A stretch of DNA of 64,000 nt from Tricharina praecox (GCF_024521635.1 NW_026250403.1:1178001-1242000), one strand, 5' to 3'; positions 50,710 through 63,639 are shown, numbered from the stretch's first letter. Translations and numbers: made by a program. The notes: generated by a model not told the origin, from the letters alone.

Positions 50710-51345
50710 AAAGGAAAATTCGTGCATAAGATTTTGGAAAAAAAATTGTACGATACCAATCATAGAATATCACTCTTGTAGATAACCGGCCCCGTTGAGA
50801 AATTTGCCACGATGGTGGTTTTGAGACCCCAAGCTCCTCCTATTTCACTTCAAAAAAAAAGTAGGCTCACGTGTACATGAACCCTAAAAATATTACACGA
50901 ACACTGCACATCACATGACGCTTGAATCGGATAAATGCAAGTCCGTGGCTACCGTATTCCGAACTGATACGATCCACTGACCGTCTTTAGCAACGATCAA
51001 TACGGCGGGGAGCAGTATGCACGTGAAGCAATAGTTCGATTCAATTCAGTACCACGTACGTGAAAGCCATTACAGTCATAAGGAAGAGGAGAAAAAGAAA
51101 AGTAAGAAACCGCCATAGGAAGAAGTATGTACCAGAAACCGGTGACCCTAAGAAATAGACAGATGAAACATGAGCACATTATGGCCACCTAGTGGAGCCC
51201 CCTAACTAAAGAAATGCCACGAATAATGTGGTCAGAACAACAGAAAAAAGAAAGACCGATAGGCATCACGGCCGGAAAACAAGACAGCAACCATAGGGAA
51301 ATCATTTAAGCGCGGGCGACAAGCAAAGCGACGTAAACGGGGCAT

Positions 51346-52490
51346 CTACAACTCGGATGCAACGTGTGCGCTCAATGCGTTGTTGTAGCTGGCATCGAAA
51401 TCGTTTCTGGACGAGCCCTCTCCGCCAGGCTTGTACGAGCTCTGCCCAAACGCATCGCCCGAGAAGTTGGTGCTCGAAGTCGGCACGAAGATGACCTTAG
51501 AGTTGGCCGACTTAGCCATAGCCTGGTAGGCCTCGAGCTGCCGAATCTGCATGGCAGGTGCCGAGCTCAGGATGTCGGCAGCTTGACGCATCAGCTTGGC
51601 AGCCTCGACTTCGGCGCGGGCGGCAATTATCTTGCTCTCTCCGATACGCTTGCTCTGCGCAGCCATCGACAGAGAGTCCTGGAGTTCCCGAGAGAAGATG
51701 ATGTCCTTGATCAACATGCTCTCGACCGCCACACCCCAGCCCTCGGCAACGTCGCCGATTATTTCGCGGATGCTCTGGGCTACCTCCTCACGGCGTTCGA
51801 TGACATCCTGGAGGACGCGAGCTCCAACGACATGGCGCAGAGTCGTTTGCGTTCTCTATCGTGCAATGTCAGCACCTGCGGAACGAACGAACGAATGGGC
51901 AAATAATTGGATCTTACCTCGATCAGCGCCTGGCGCACATTGGAGATTCCGAAAGCGGCCTTGTGTGGGGAGGTGATGTGGTAGTATATGACGGACGTCA
52001 GGTGCACCGTGACATTATCCTTGGTCATGCACACCTGCTGGGGCACCTCGCACAGCTGAATCTTGACATCGATCTGGATCAACTTCTCCGAGAGCGGATT
52101 GATCTTGACGAGACCGGGGTCAACGGCACGGTAGAAACGGCCAAACTTCGTGACTAGGCCAACATTGCCCTGGGAGACGGGCTTGTACGGGTTCGGGCAG
52201 ATGATGCAGCACGGGATCGCTCCAAACAAGCCGATGCAGTTGCCGAGAGTGTTGATGAAGGCGCCGTAAATTCCGTCTCCGGCGTCGTCGTCGCGAATTC
52301 CAAGGTGCTGGGCATATGAGGGTTGCAACTCGCCGTGTCTCACGGGCTGAACCTGGATCAAGGGCGCATTCGTGTGAGTGCTACGGGCACCATCTGGAAC
52401 GACGGATGCAGCAGCGAGAAAACCGGCGTTATCCGTCTGCGAGGTAGAGCGGGATTGGGGAGCCTGCTTGACTGGGTCGGTAGAGGACAT
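51346..52490 (-). CDS. Stomatin-family SPFH/band 7 protein; intron 51856-51917
   Basis: PCCIICPNPYKPVSQGNVGLVTKFGRF, MTKDNV, ERTQTTLRHV, AAQSKRIGESKIIAARAEVEAAKLMRQAADILSS. Confidence 0.93.
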
Positions 52491-52511
52491 TGTGGATTGT
52501 CTTGTGGTGAT

Positions 52512-52570
52512 GGTTGGTGGTTGGTGGTTGGTGGTTGGTGGTTGGTGGTTGGTGGTTGGTGGTTGGTGGT
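52512..52570. repeat. (GGTTGGT)n heptamer repeat in the stomatin 5' leader
   Basis: Directly visible. Confidence 0.9.
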
Positions 52571-53226
52571 GATATGGGTTGTGGATGCAATGTGACGGAA
52601 TAAATCAAAGGCGGGGACCGACTGAGCTTATATAACTGTTCACGTCCGAAGGAGTTGCTTTTATCATTCGAGCAACCATTGAACTGGGTTCCCGCATGCG
52701 ATGGCACACCCCGACAAGACAATGCAAGACAATACAAGACAGACAAGACAATCGACAGCCTGACTCTCGAGTATGCCTCGCTTCGTCCGCCGCGGAACCC
52801 TGTACATAGCCGCAGCTGATCGGCTGAGCGACGAAGGTCTAGCTGAGTTGGTGATAGAGGCCGCCAGACCCTTCTCCTCCCCCTCCCCCACCTTTCCGCC
52901 TTCCTCCTCGCCCTGCGCTGCGCACGTCGCCCGGTGGCACCTTTTCATCTCGGAATACGAAGAGCGAGCGATAAAGTTCTCAATTCGCACGCGCTATCTG
53001 TTCTCCGTGGACTGGACAGTGGAGATCAATGCTAACCAGTACCTAGGCCCTCGCTGCCGGCCAACAACTACGCCAGATAAAGTTCGTGCAAGACGCGGAG
53101 TCGGAGGCCGTGAGGCTGTGCTGGTTGCAACTCGTTGGCTACGGTATCCGGGATCACGGGGGACAATAACTACATCCATACCGCTCCGCTTTCTTCGTTG
53201 CATACACGTGCATGGATAGTAGGAGT

Positions 53227-53298
53227 GAAGAAGAAGAAGAAGAAGAAGAAGAAGAAGAAGAAGAAGAAGAAGAAGAAGAAGAAGAAGAAGAAGAAGAA
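53227..53298. repeat. (GAA)x24 microsatellite
   Basis: Directly visible. Confidence 0.97.
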
Positions 53299-54557
53299 GA
53301 CGACGAAGAGCTGTAGCCTTCGAGAAGCTCGCTGGAACTCAGGATGCAGTAGTGGTGGAGCTTTAGGTTGCAGTGTCTAGTACCTACTCCACTCAGTTAG
53401 AGTACCCATCTGCAACGGCAGTGGCGTATGTAGGGTAGAAGTCTTGGAGAAGTGACGTGACGAACCCCATTCATGGTGCCGAGCCACCCGGAACGAGTCA
53501 GCAGACCCTCTAGAGTAGGTATTCTTCCCTCGGTGACGGTGACGGTGACTGATGCTGTGTGTGACTTCTCGACAGACTTTGGCCACTGGAATTACATTCG
53601 ACCGGCGACTCCATACCGATAGAGATGGGCCAGTCGGAGTTCTTTGGTTTAGGGCAGATTCTACCTTCTGGCGTGTTGACCACCCAAAGCCCTCCACGGA
53701 GATCCAGCACGTCTCAGCACTCGCTTCCCGGTATCCAATGCGTGATATCCCTCATGCATCATTTATCTGACGCACGGCGACGCTGGATTTGGAATCCCCG
53801 GTTGATTCCGCTCGGTCGGGCTACTATGACGTCGTACCTCTCGGGTTCGAGGGCTTACATACGCCTCGGCTTAGTCCCCATCGATACCGTACCGTATCGT
53901 CCAGTGGTCAGACCGAATCGCGTATGACCATCGCCGTTCAAGTATCTTGGCAACGGCATTGGCACGAATATGTAGCGGCATGTACTAACTTAGTGCCCGT
54001 CGGGATTAAGTAAGCTTCGATATTAGCTTGCTTCTCCCTTCGTACTTATGCGCCATGCTTGTTGCTTTGCTCACTGTCGATCATCCAAAGTACTCTATAT
54101 TGTACATACGTTTCCTTCCACCGGTAAGTAAAATCCCTGACGATCAAGCAGTCCATGTGAAAAGATCATGTGCAACTGAGTGGTAATAACCCCTTCGATC
54201 CGTGGAGCAGTTAGAGTAGTCTTGGCAGAATTTCTGCCCTGGAGCGCGCACCTCGGAGCGGTTTCACGGTGCGCGGTAGGCCTGAATCCAATGCTTGAGC
54301 CTTGATCCATCACTCGGTGCATACAAGTCTGCCTTGCGGTGCCGTTGGGTCGGGTCGGAACCAGCCCCGCCGGCTACGAGGTGCATGGCTTGATCGATAT
54401 CCCGGGCAAGTGTTATTCTACTAGAGGTGGTAGGTACAATATAAAGCCAACATTACTACTACTAACCACAATGTGCTCGCACCTGGATACCATCTTAACC
54501 AACCAACAATCTCATAACGCAGCCATTGGTGCTGCTTCCGCTTCCCTTGGTGTAAAT

Positions 54558-54761
54558 CAGTATTCTCCATAGTCCAGTCTAGTCCGCCCAAACCATGGAC
54601 GGGACTGAACTACATACATCCAGTCCGTCCGGAGGTGTCTGTCGGACGGACTAGTCCGCCAGTAAGGTCGGACGGGACGGGCTACTTTTATCCCGTCCCC
54701 AAATGGCACGGACGGGGCTGGATCGTGGCAGTCCGTCCCGTCCAGACTATGGAGAATACTA
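54558..54761. mobile_element. Non-autonomous hAT-type DNA transposon (MITE), 204 bp
   Basis: Perfect 16-bp TIR AGTATTCTCCATAGTC (54559-54574) / GACTATGGAGAATACT (54745-54760); termini CAG...CTA; 8-bp target-site duplication GTGTAAAT at 54550-54557 and 54762-54769; internal GTCCG/CGGAC repeats. Confidence 0.88.
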
Positions 54762-55589
54762 GTGTAAATAGCCGTAAACTTTCATAGCAGTCGACTACAG
54801 ACCGTCCCGGCTCCCGAGTCCAGCCCGGCACCACCTCAGACCGGACTGCATCATGCACCGTAAAAACATACCTACCTAATGTAATCCAGTCCGGTCCAAC
54901 CATAAAATCCGGACAAATCGGACGGATCAGACTAGGTATGTAACTGTGTACGCCACTGCGGTCGTCGACTGTTCCCGGGCCGGCACTCTTCCGCAGGCCA
55001 CGACGCGGGGCAGGCTGCTATGTAGGGGAACTGGTCCGTCCATCAATAGGACTGTCTGTCTGTCTGTCGAGACATAGGAGGTAGGTACGTGGTCGAGGAT
55101 CTCGGTACCTCTCTGGAGTCTGGAGTGTGTACGTACGCACACAGTGGATTGCGTAGGTACTTGAGCGCACGTTAGGAAGTTTACTTTGTGTATGTATACA
55201 CAGTACATAGAGTACGTACCTCATACTATGCCCTCCATAGGCGAGCAATATTGGAAATCCTTAGCCCTAGCTAGGTAAATGGGAGTCTACATGTAAACTG
55301 GCTGTTAGCACAAAGTGCGGCTAATTTGCACTGGTAATTCAAACTTCTGTTTGTAAAACTGCCTTTTCCTCATAGCGTACAGGTTGCAATGTTTATTTGG
55401 GCGACGCCGGGCCAGTAGGCGTTTCAACTTTCGCCTCCACAGCCGGCAGCGTAAGGCATGTCACGTGATACTAGCTACCGAGTGATATCTGCCTACTGCA
55501 CCCTCCGTCACGCCAAAATAAAAATAAAAATAAAAACCATCACCACCCCCGGCGGGTGGCTTGGAAACCCCAAGAGCTGAATACAAAGT

Positions 55590-55677
55590 TCCTTCACCTG
55601 GGTTGAACCCGGCACTTTCCCTGAACTCCCCTCGCCGATTGCATGGCCTCAGTAGTTGACCACTAGACCACGCGGGG
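55590..55677 (-). pseudogene. Degenerate tRNA-like sequence (tRNA pseudogene or tRNA-derived SINE head)
   Basis: Minus strand has A-box TGGTCTAGTGG (55660-55670) and B-box-like GGTTCAACCC (55600-55609) at tRNA-like spacing. Stems are imperfect; an oligo-T tract follows at 55515-55536. Confidence 0.45.
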
Positions 55678-58600
55678 TTTTTCCGTGCTGGAAACATGAA
55701 TTCGATGCTTATAAAGTGGTGGGTGCCCCCACTCGGATAGAAAAGCTCCGGGAGCCACAACTCTGGCTACGTTGAACGAATCGCCAACAACTTGCCGTGT
55801 GCTTCGAATGGATCTAATGCGACGTCTTTCAAGTTTGAACGAACGACAAAGACTGCGCGGTAACGGTGCCGCTGCAAGGAGAGATCCATATCCATAGCAG
55901 TACCAGTGCTGTATCCACAGCGACGTTTGCGAGCTATCCACAGCACTGAGACAAACACGGTATCCACGGCGAGGAACTGCAGGGTGTGGCGGAGCGATGG
56001 AAGAGCTGTCGGCGGGAGGAAACGAATGTGGTTAGTAGTGGGCATCAACGTCGGCGGGCATGGCGGGTCGACTGCTGAGCGAGGAGGGGGACTTAAGCTG
56101 GCACAGTGGCACCCACGGGGTTTCTTCTTCTTCTTCTTCTTCTTCTCCCTCTTGCTCGATCATTGTCTACAGAATAGACGATCAACCCGAACTTCCTCTC
56201 TCTCCTTGTGTGTTCTCCTTCTCTTGGCCCGCTTCCCGGTCTCGACTCTCTAGAGGCATCGGCGAAAGAGCCCTCACAAAAGGGGCACACGGCATCCGCG
56301 GTAGATCCAGCATGGTATTCATTGCACTAACAATGCCATATCCGTGGTGAGGAGCAGCAGAGGAAGACGCTATCCGCGGTAAGTCCCCCGGCGGGTGATT
56401 CGCGGCGAGGCCAGCGGGCTACCTATTCGTCGTCACACAGCTGGCAAGCGTCGTTGTCCTTCGCCGTCCTTCAATGTCTGAAAGCTCCTGGTCTTCTTAT
56501 AGCCGGTGCGTCTTGTCCTCCTATGCCGCCCTACTATCACTATCAGGCTTGTCTAGCCGCGGATACCACAGTATCTGCGCTTCAAATAGCAAATTGTCGT
56601 GCGGGGTAACTATCCCCTGGTTCAGTATTGAACGCTTGAGGGATAGCACGGCGTGGATCCTCAGTTGTTGTGCCGGGGCTGGTGGTTCTGTGGGGGGACT
56701 CCATATAAAGGATGGCCAGCCAAGCACCAGGACTGACGACTCTTCGAGGGCTCTGGCCCATGCCCTACAATCTCGCTCTCGTTGCCAATGTTTTGTAATG
56801 TTTATCGTCAGGGCGTTGTACATACGGATTACATTTGGTACGATGGCGAGGCGAGTGATACGAAGGCGATTGTAATCATTTCTTTCCATGGCTGCTGCAG
56901 AATAAGACTGTTCCCGTGGTCACCCAGCGGTCAGCCGAGAATGATCGACTAAACAAGAGATCCCCATAATGATAATGATTCGCACAAGACCATCTACTTA
57001 CCTACCTAGCATCCGGAGCTCGACGCCCCTTTATTTCTGCTCCTCTCAGCTGGAAACGACGTAGGTAAGGCACGCTCATTCCGATTTCCCGTCTTCCGAT
57101 CACCCCACTAGCACATGTAGCCCTGGAATACTTTCATGATATCGGGACTAATCTTGCCGTCGGCGTGAAATCGCCGCCAACTTCAAGGCCAGCGCCAACG
57201 CCTCTACGTCGAGCATCCCGAGAGCCGCTCTCGGACGGAAGTCCCAGAGTCTGGTCGCAGTTTGACGGTCCGTTGCTTTACGGCATACGCACTGGTCTGC
57301 GTACGGGGAGGTGGGTTTACCAGTAATCCTCCCCCCAGTATGTACATGGCGAGCCGGGCAGGCAGTCACTCCCATCTGCGGTGCTGCCTCTGGCAGCCTC
57401 TGGCAGCCTCAGAGTCCGGTCTCCGGGAAGAAATTACTCACCTCCTCCTTTACTTTCACTCCAGCCGGTAGATTTATTTCGACGATGTGCTCTCAGCTTC
57501 CATCATGGTCGACTTGCTGTCCGACTCTCTAGACTTGGCAGCGTTTGTGGACTCACGTCGACACTCCCTCGCCCGGCCAGCCGTCTCACTCCGCCGCTGG
57601 CTCTTCCCCCTTCTCTTCCTGCCCAACTGCACCTACTTAGGCAATGTAGCTTACTTAGTTGGCATGGTATAGGAGTTATTCATGAAACCAGAACCACCAT
57701 TCACGGCAACGGTAACGAGAGTGATCTACGGGGGACGTCAAGGCGGCCAATGATATTCTTTCGGGCAACCCCGCGTCAGTCCAAGCAGTATGTAACCAAC
57801 CACAGCAAATTCACAATTGAACACGACATTGTAAGGCATAGTGGCAAAGTGAACCAGGCCTACCATTATATAGGAGGTCGGGTCTCGAGAGAAATGCCAA
57901 TTTCGTCGCGCGCAAAATTTATTAGACAATGTCACAGCAGATCCGCGGGCCTAGTGGGATGGTTGGCTTCAAAACACAGGTACCATAGGTAAGCTGGGTC
58001 GGGATTTGCTGGATCTAGTCCTGTCCTATACGGCCCTGTCCTGTCCGGTCCCGCGTCCATGGCTATGGCTGGGCGGCCGTGTGATTGCTGTCTGGATTGC
58101 TGTCTGGATTGCCGAGACTTTCAGGCCGCCCGGATGACAAGCACTGCAGGCAGATTACTCTGGTTACCGACGCACGAACGGGATATTCACATGGTCTGGT
58201 GTTTACGGTGATGTGTATCCGGAGAATAACTAATCGTTAATCCGACGTAATACTCTACTGCAGGGATCGCCCAGTGGAAGTGTAATTGGAATTGAGTGTC
58301 CTGCACAATCGATCCCTCCAGTTGATCCCTCCCTCCCGCAGCTGACTGGAGTCCGCAAATAGCGATTCCATCTTTGGATGCTCAGGTTCAGGCTGCTATG
58401 CTGTGCTATACTGTGCTATTATATGTTGTGCCTCGGAGACGGATTTGTTTTATTGCTTCAGCTTATTGTCCGTGATGGTTGGCGGGGGGGCCTATGGATG
58501 GTTATTGGGTATGGCCGAGAATAATCTTCGAGAATTTTCTAATCGACATTGGTCTGGACGTCGACGACGGGTCGTACTCACTGGGGGCCTTGACGGCGAC

Positions 58601-58811
58601 TGACCATAGCAGCCAGCAAAAGGAGCTGTATATAACATCCTCCTCGGATCCACCAGAGTCCATTCTTCTCTCCTCACCAGCCTCAACCGCATCTTCACAG
58701 CATCCTCCAGCTTCTTCTCCAGCTTCTTCAGCTTCTTCTTCATTCACCTCTTCAGCTACACACATACTTTATAATCACCTAATCCACTCTTCACCCTAAC
58801 CCACCTTCAAA

Positions 58812-59382
58812 ATGCAATTCAAAATCGTCGCCACCCTCTTCCTCGCCTCCGTCGCCTCGGCCGCCGACATCATCGGCTGGACCGGCAGCGGCTGCGGCGG
58901 GACCTCCCTAGCCTGCCGCGGGATCCAAGAGAACATCTGCTGCAGTATGCCCCCCGCGTCCCTCCCATTTCCCAATCACTGACCAACCCGCAGACTTCAA
59001 CATGAACGTGCGCAGCGTGCGGTGGACGCTTCCCGCCTCATCCCGCGGCATCGGCTACGCAGGCAACAGCTGCAGATCGACGTCGTCGACGCCGGTGCAG
59101 GGCGCCAAGTCAGCCGCGTGCTTCAACTACGCGTGGAATCTGCGCTCGGCCAAGTGGATTCTTGGGTCTGGTTCGCGCCGCCGCGCGGTGGTCGCCCGCG
59201 CCGCTGAGGACGACGAGTGCCAGAAGCCGAACGAGTATTCTTACTACTCGGAGAATAAGAAGCAGATGGTCACCAAGAAGATCCCCGCTGAGAATGCGGA
59301 TGAGGTCCTGAAGTGGATCGAGGACGGCGAGTGGGTCAAGATTGAGGGGCTTGAGGAGGTTGCTGAGGGGCAGGATTTGTAG
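58812..59382 (+). CDS. Small secreted cysteine-rich protein, 173 aa; intron 58945-58993
   Basis: AAA-ATG context; signal peptide MQFKIVATLFLASVASA; intron GTATGC..CTGAC..CAG in frame; 6 Cys before an RRR site; TATA box near 58629. Confidence 0.85.
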
Positions 59383-60299
59383 AGTGGGAACTCTGCTCTG
59401 CGAGGCTCGGGCTTTGAGGGAGGAAGTGACATAAGTTGTATGATGGAACGAGGGCGAGGGAGAGGATAGGTGGAAGGCGGGAATGGGAGACTGATGAGAG
59501 AAGGACAAGGGGGAGGGGAGAGTCTGGGTTATGGTGGTGGTATCAGAGTGTTTGCATTTTCAGCGTGGCCACGCTTTGTACTGTTTTGTTTTGTTTTGAT
59601 CTTATTAATCATTTACTGGAAACGACGCCTATTTGTCCTCAATCTACTCCTTCCGTGATCTCAGTGGTGCCTCGATGGGCGAGTGCTGGTAACGGTTGGA
59701 CACCTCTCGGTCTGGACGGACGCCGGGGAGACCTGATGGTGAGTGATATATATGATATGGTGGGAGTGGAACGGAGACTCTAAGCCAAGTAAGGAATGGT
59801 TACTTCCTAGGCGAATTATTAGCGGACTCGGGTGCTCGTTTATATATCTAGCTCCACCTCAATCTCGACAACTAGCGCAAACCCTCATCTGAACGGCCAC
59901 ATTCCGGCGGCCCTTACTCGCCGGAAAAATGTCGTCCGACGCAGTCCTCACACTCCCTCACTCGCCTGGCCAGTACATAACCGGGGGAGCCGCTAACCCG
60001 GGGGGTGTCCCCCAAGCCCCGGATCTGCACCCCGGACCCCTCCATTTCAGCAGCTAGATAACGCGGCGCAGGCGCGTGCAGTTGACCCGAGGTGCAAGCG
60101 GGGGTGGGTGGGTGGGTTGGTGGGTCGCACAGGAGGGAGGGAGGGAGAGACCGGACGGGGACGACCGACCGACCGAAGGCGAGGGGAGAGGAGACGTTTA
60201 TTCGCCCCGTTCCCTTCTCCATCGCGCACACACACACATACACATACACACACTCAGACAGACACACACACACACACACGTGCATGCCCTCGAAAAACA

Positions 60300-60684
60300 A
60301 TGCCAGCAACCCGCCTCTTCACCTTCGTCTCGCGCCGCACCAGTGAGTTATGGTCCGTCCCGCGGTGGTACCGTATGCCTCCCCCATTTTCCTCCCCCCG
60401 CTCCCTTCCCTTCCCTTCCCTCCCCCCTCCCCCGCTTTTCCGCCCCCACCAACTGACGTGTGGAGGCCGCAGACACGATCGTAGCCGCAGCCGCAGTAGC
60501 GTGCACGCAGCAGGCGTACGCGACGCACGCGGCTAGCGCCGAGCAGCGGCAGCTGTGGCACATGGTCGCCGAGAAGGACGGCGTCATCAGCGAGCTCCAG
60601 GCGCGCGTGTGGGAGCTGGAAGCTACGTCGCAGGGGAAGGGCGGCTCTAGGTGGTGGGGGAGGGGTGGTAGTGGGGGGAGGTAG
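60300..60684 (+). CDS. Spliced 94-aa microprotein (putative targeting peptide, hydrophobic segment, coiled coil); intron 60373-60472
   Basis: ATG 60300; GTATGC donor, pyrimidine-rich intron, CTGAC branch and CAG acceptor join MPATRLFTFVSRRTSELWSVPRWY-HTIVAAAAVAC...ISELQARVWELE...SRWWGR in frame. Confidence 0.6.
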
Positions 60685-61569
60685 ATGGGAGGAGTACCTG
60701 GGAGGAGGAGGGATTGATGGGGGTTGGTATCGATGGTGAGTGCCCCCGGCTGTACCTGGAATGCCGCCCCGGACTGGTGGGACTGATTGCGTGAGGAGGG
60801 TAGGTTCAGGTTGACTTTACTTTGCCAATGCCGCCGTTGCCCGGCGCCCGTTGCCCGTCACTCGTCACTCGGCGCCCGTTGCATACGATCATACATACAC
60901 ATACGTCAAGGAGGGAAGATATCAATCGTGGTCCTGGGCTCAACAGTTCGAGGGTTACATACCACGTCGGCGGCGGCGGTGTGTCCGGCTTATGCACATG
61001 TATATATGATAGGACTTTGTGGATGTTGGGCGAATGCAGACGGAAGATCTAATACAAGCTATTACAAGCTACTTGGTTCCATGGAAGTGAAAGCAAATCC
61101 GGTATTCAACCCCCAAGGAGTGGTTTGATACCCACCAGGATTCACTGAGTTCATATTACTCGTCATTTTCAACACGGTTCTCTAATCGTCCGTTCGGCCG
61201 TCTCGGTCCCCCATCCATGAGCCCGACTTTCAGTAGGTAGTCCGTCCTTGCCTCCCAGCGGCGATCCCCCTTCCGAAAGGACGATCGTGGAGGTTCATAA
61301 TCGGACATGTTCAAGATCGACAGGACAGACTGTTGAATTCCCAGCCGGCACACCTGTCGATGGAGGGCACAAGGCGGAAGACTTCATACGCAGACCGCCC
61401 AGTTCACATGGAAGCTATCTTCCGGTTCACGCCATTTAAAAATCTCACGAACCAACAGGTAGTATTATCAAACAAACGGCACACATGTGCGAACCCAGGT
61501 ATTTCATTCACCGAACCTTTTCTCAGCAGACTCCACCTCAATTCAGTACCCCGAATGCTACCAAGCTAT

Positions 61570-62726
61570 CTACCAGATCCCGGGAATCATCGACGCCTTC
61601 TTCCTGTAGGCACTTCCAAACTCCTTCCTGTACCTACTCTCCTTCTTCTTGGCCCACAGCAACATCTGACCCGTCGACACAGCAAAGAAAATGAGCGTGC
61701 TCATATTGCCGCCTCCGAGGACGACTATCGCGAGCCACGCCAGTGACTCGAAAAGATAATTCGGGCAAGTAACGAGATCGAATCCGTAGCCCTTCGGGAT
61801 CTGTCGCTTAGTTGAGCCATCCTCTGGGCGGAGGTTACGGAGGGTGATGTGGGTAGCGTAGTTCGAGATCTCGGCCCAAGCCCAGAGTGCGATTGCAGCG
61901 TAGCGAACGGTGGGGTTGAGGTCGGCGTTGAGCGCGGCGGGCCACCACGATGCGGCGATGGAACCGGGCGCGTAGAGGTAGTACGCCAGGTTCAGACCCG
62001 ACAGCACCCAGTAGTGCGCGGAGTTCTTGAAGATGTTCGTCGCCGGCATCGTCGCAGCGCTGAAGCGGTGCACGCACACGGTCTCGTACTCACGCTTCAG
62101 GAAGTGCAGCGTGCAGAGGGTGCACAGCACCAGCTGCGTGGTCGTCGGCGCGGGGATGAGCGCCGTGGAAGAGGACGCGTTGAACGGGAGGTAGCTAAGC
62201 GGGTTGTACGCCGACGCGGAGTAGATGAGCGGGCGGAGGTAGAGGAACAGCGGATGGATCAGCAGCGGGCCGAGGTACTCGACGATGAAGACGGTGCGCC
62301 AGGCGATCTGGGGGCCTATCCATATCCACATCCTCAATTAGCGCCCACTTACCCACACACACACATTATCACACCAGTCCCGTAGTAAACCTACCGAGAT
62401 CCTTAACAAAGATCTGACTGCCATTGCGGAGTCCCGTTTCCTCGATGGTCACGAGCTTTCCGTCGTCCCGCTTGAGCGAAACGGGCCGTCCATCACTGCC
62501 CTTGGTGATCCGCAGACGGTTCTGGTTCAGCCGCGTGTGCTTCGCGATCTGCTCGTACAGCGCCGTCGTGCTCGCTGTGGACAGATCGAAGTCCAGCGTC
62601 TCCGGAAGATTCTTGAGCGGCCGGCCTGTGGCAGCGTTAATATCGAAACCCTCCCCCACCACCTACTCCTCCGAAACAGAGAGTATAGTTACCTCTAGGC
62701 TTGATGTTGAGCGAGATCATTGCCAT
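61570..62726 (-). CDS. TSC13: Very-long-chain enoyl-CoA reductase (steroid 5-alpha-reductase family); introns 62626-62692 and 62316-62394
   Basis: N-terminal ubiquitin-like region, KDLGPQIAWRTVFIVEYLGP, HFLKREYET..VHRFS..TMP..NIFKNS.HYW, HITLRNLR, IPKGYGF.LVTCPNY. Confidence 0.94.
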
Positions 62727-63639
62727 TGCTGCTGTTGTTGCTGTTATCGTTTTCGTCGTTTTCGTTTTCGTCGTTGGCAAATAAGTATCTCGAAATATGA
62801 ATTGGGAGTTTCTCAATCCGCAGCGTAAGTAGCCTGAACCTGACGGAAAGATGTCAAAGAAATAGATAGATTGCACGTTGCAATCTCTCAACAAAAACGG
62901 CAATTGGGGGCTTGGCACGGGTCGGTACCCCTCCGTCAGTCGTGACTCGTCAGCCGTGACCGCGTCGGCCCAGATATGATACCTTACGCGCGGAATGTGC
63001 CATGTGCAGCGAGTGAGAACCGCAGAGATACCTATCAAAGAGTGACAATGCGGTTACATTCGGACTTACTACATACAGGCCAGGCTGGCACGGAATTCAT
63101 CAAGTACTTTATCCAGTCGAAGCAAAAGCGGAACCAGAAGCAAACAAAAATGGGTACCCACCCTTTGATCCAAGGCGTACCTTCGCAGCCATTATACACG
63201 CCCTCAAAATCCCGGAGGAACATTCCTCCATCCAAAAGTTATGGAAAAGTTATGGGACTCGTGTTCGTATGTTCGTAAGTACCGAACCTACATCATTTTT
63301 GTTCTTACTTACACAGCCACTTTAGCCAGTCTCGGGCACATCGTTCGAATAGCCATCGTTCAAACCGCCGAGTATCGGAACACAGTAAAAATACAACTTT
63401 ATGTATCCACAGATCTCACCATCCATGGCCGAGTATAATGTCCAAGATCAAAGGGTCATAGTACAAGCGCAAGTAGTGACACAGAGGGAGAAAAGCAAAG
63501 CAAAGCGAATCAATAAGCGAATCAAAGGTCGAGATATATAGTCCACACGCACGCACACGCCAAGAATAAGAATATCCAGCAAAGCAAAGCAAAACAAAAA
63601 GCAATGTTCCAATCAATCAATCAGATCAGATCAAGTGAA

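Noticed and set aside
52512-52570. GGTTGGT repeats as an interstitial telomere
   Set aside because: The unit is not TTAGGG; it is a simple repeat in a 5' leader.
53135-53380. Poly-Lys ORF
   Set aside because: Artefact of the (GAA)24 microsatellite.
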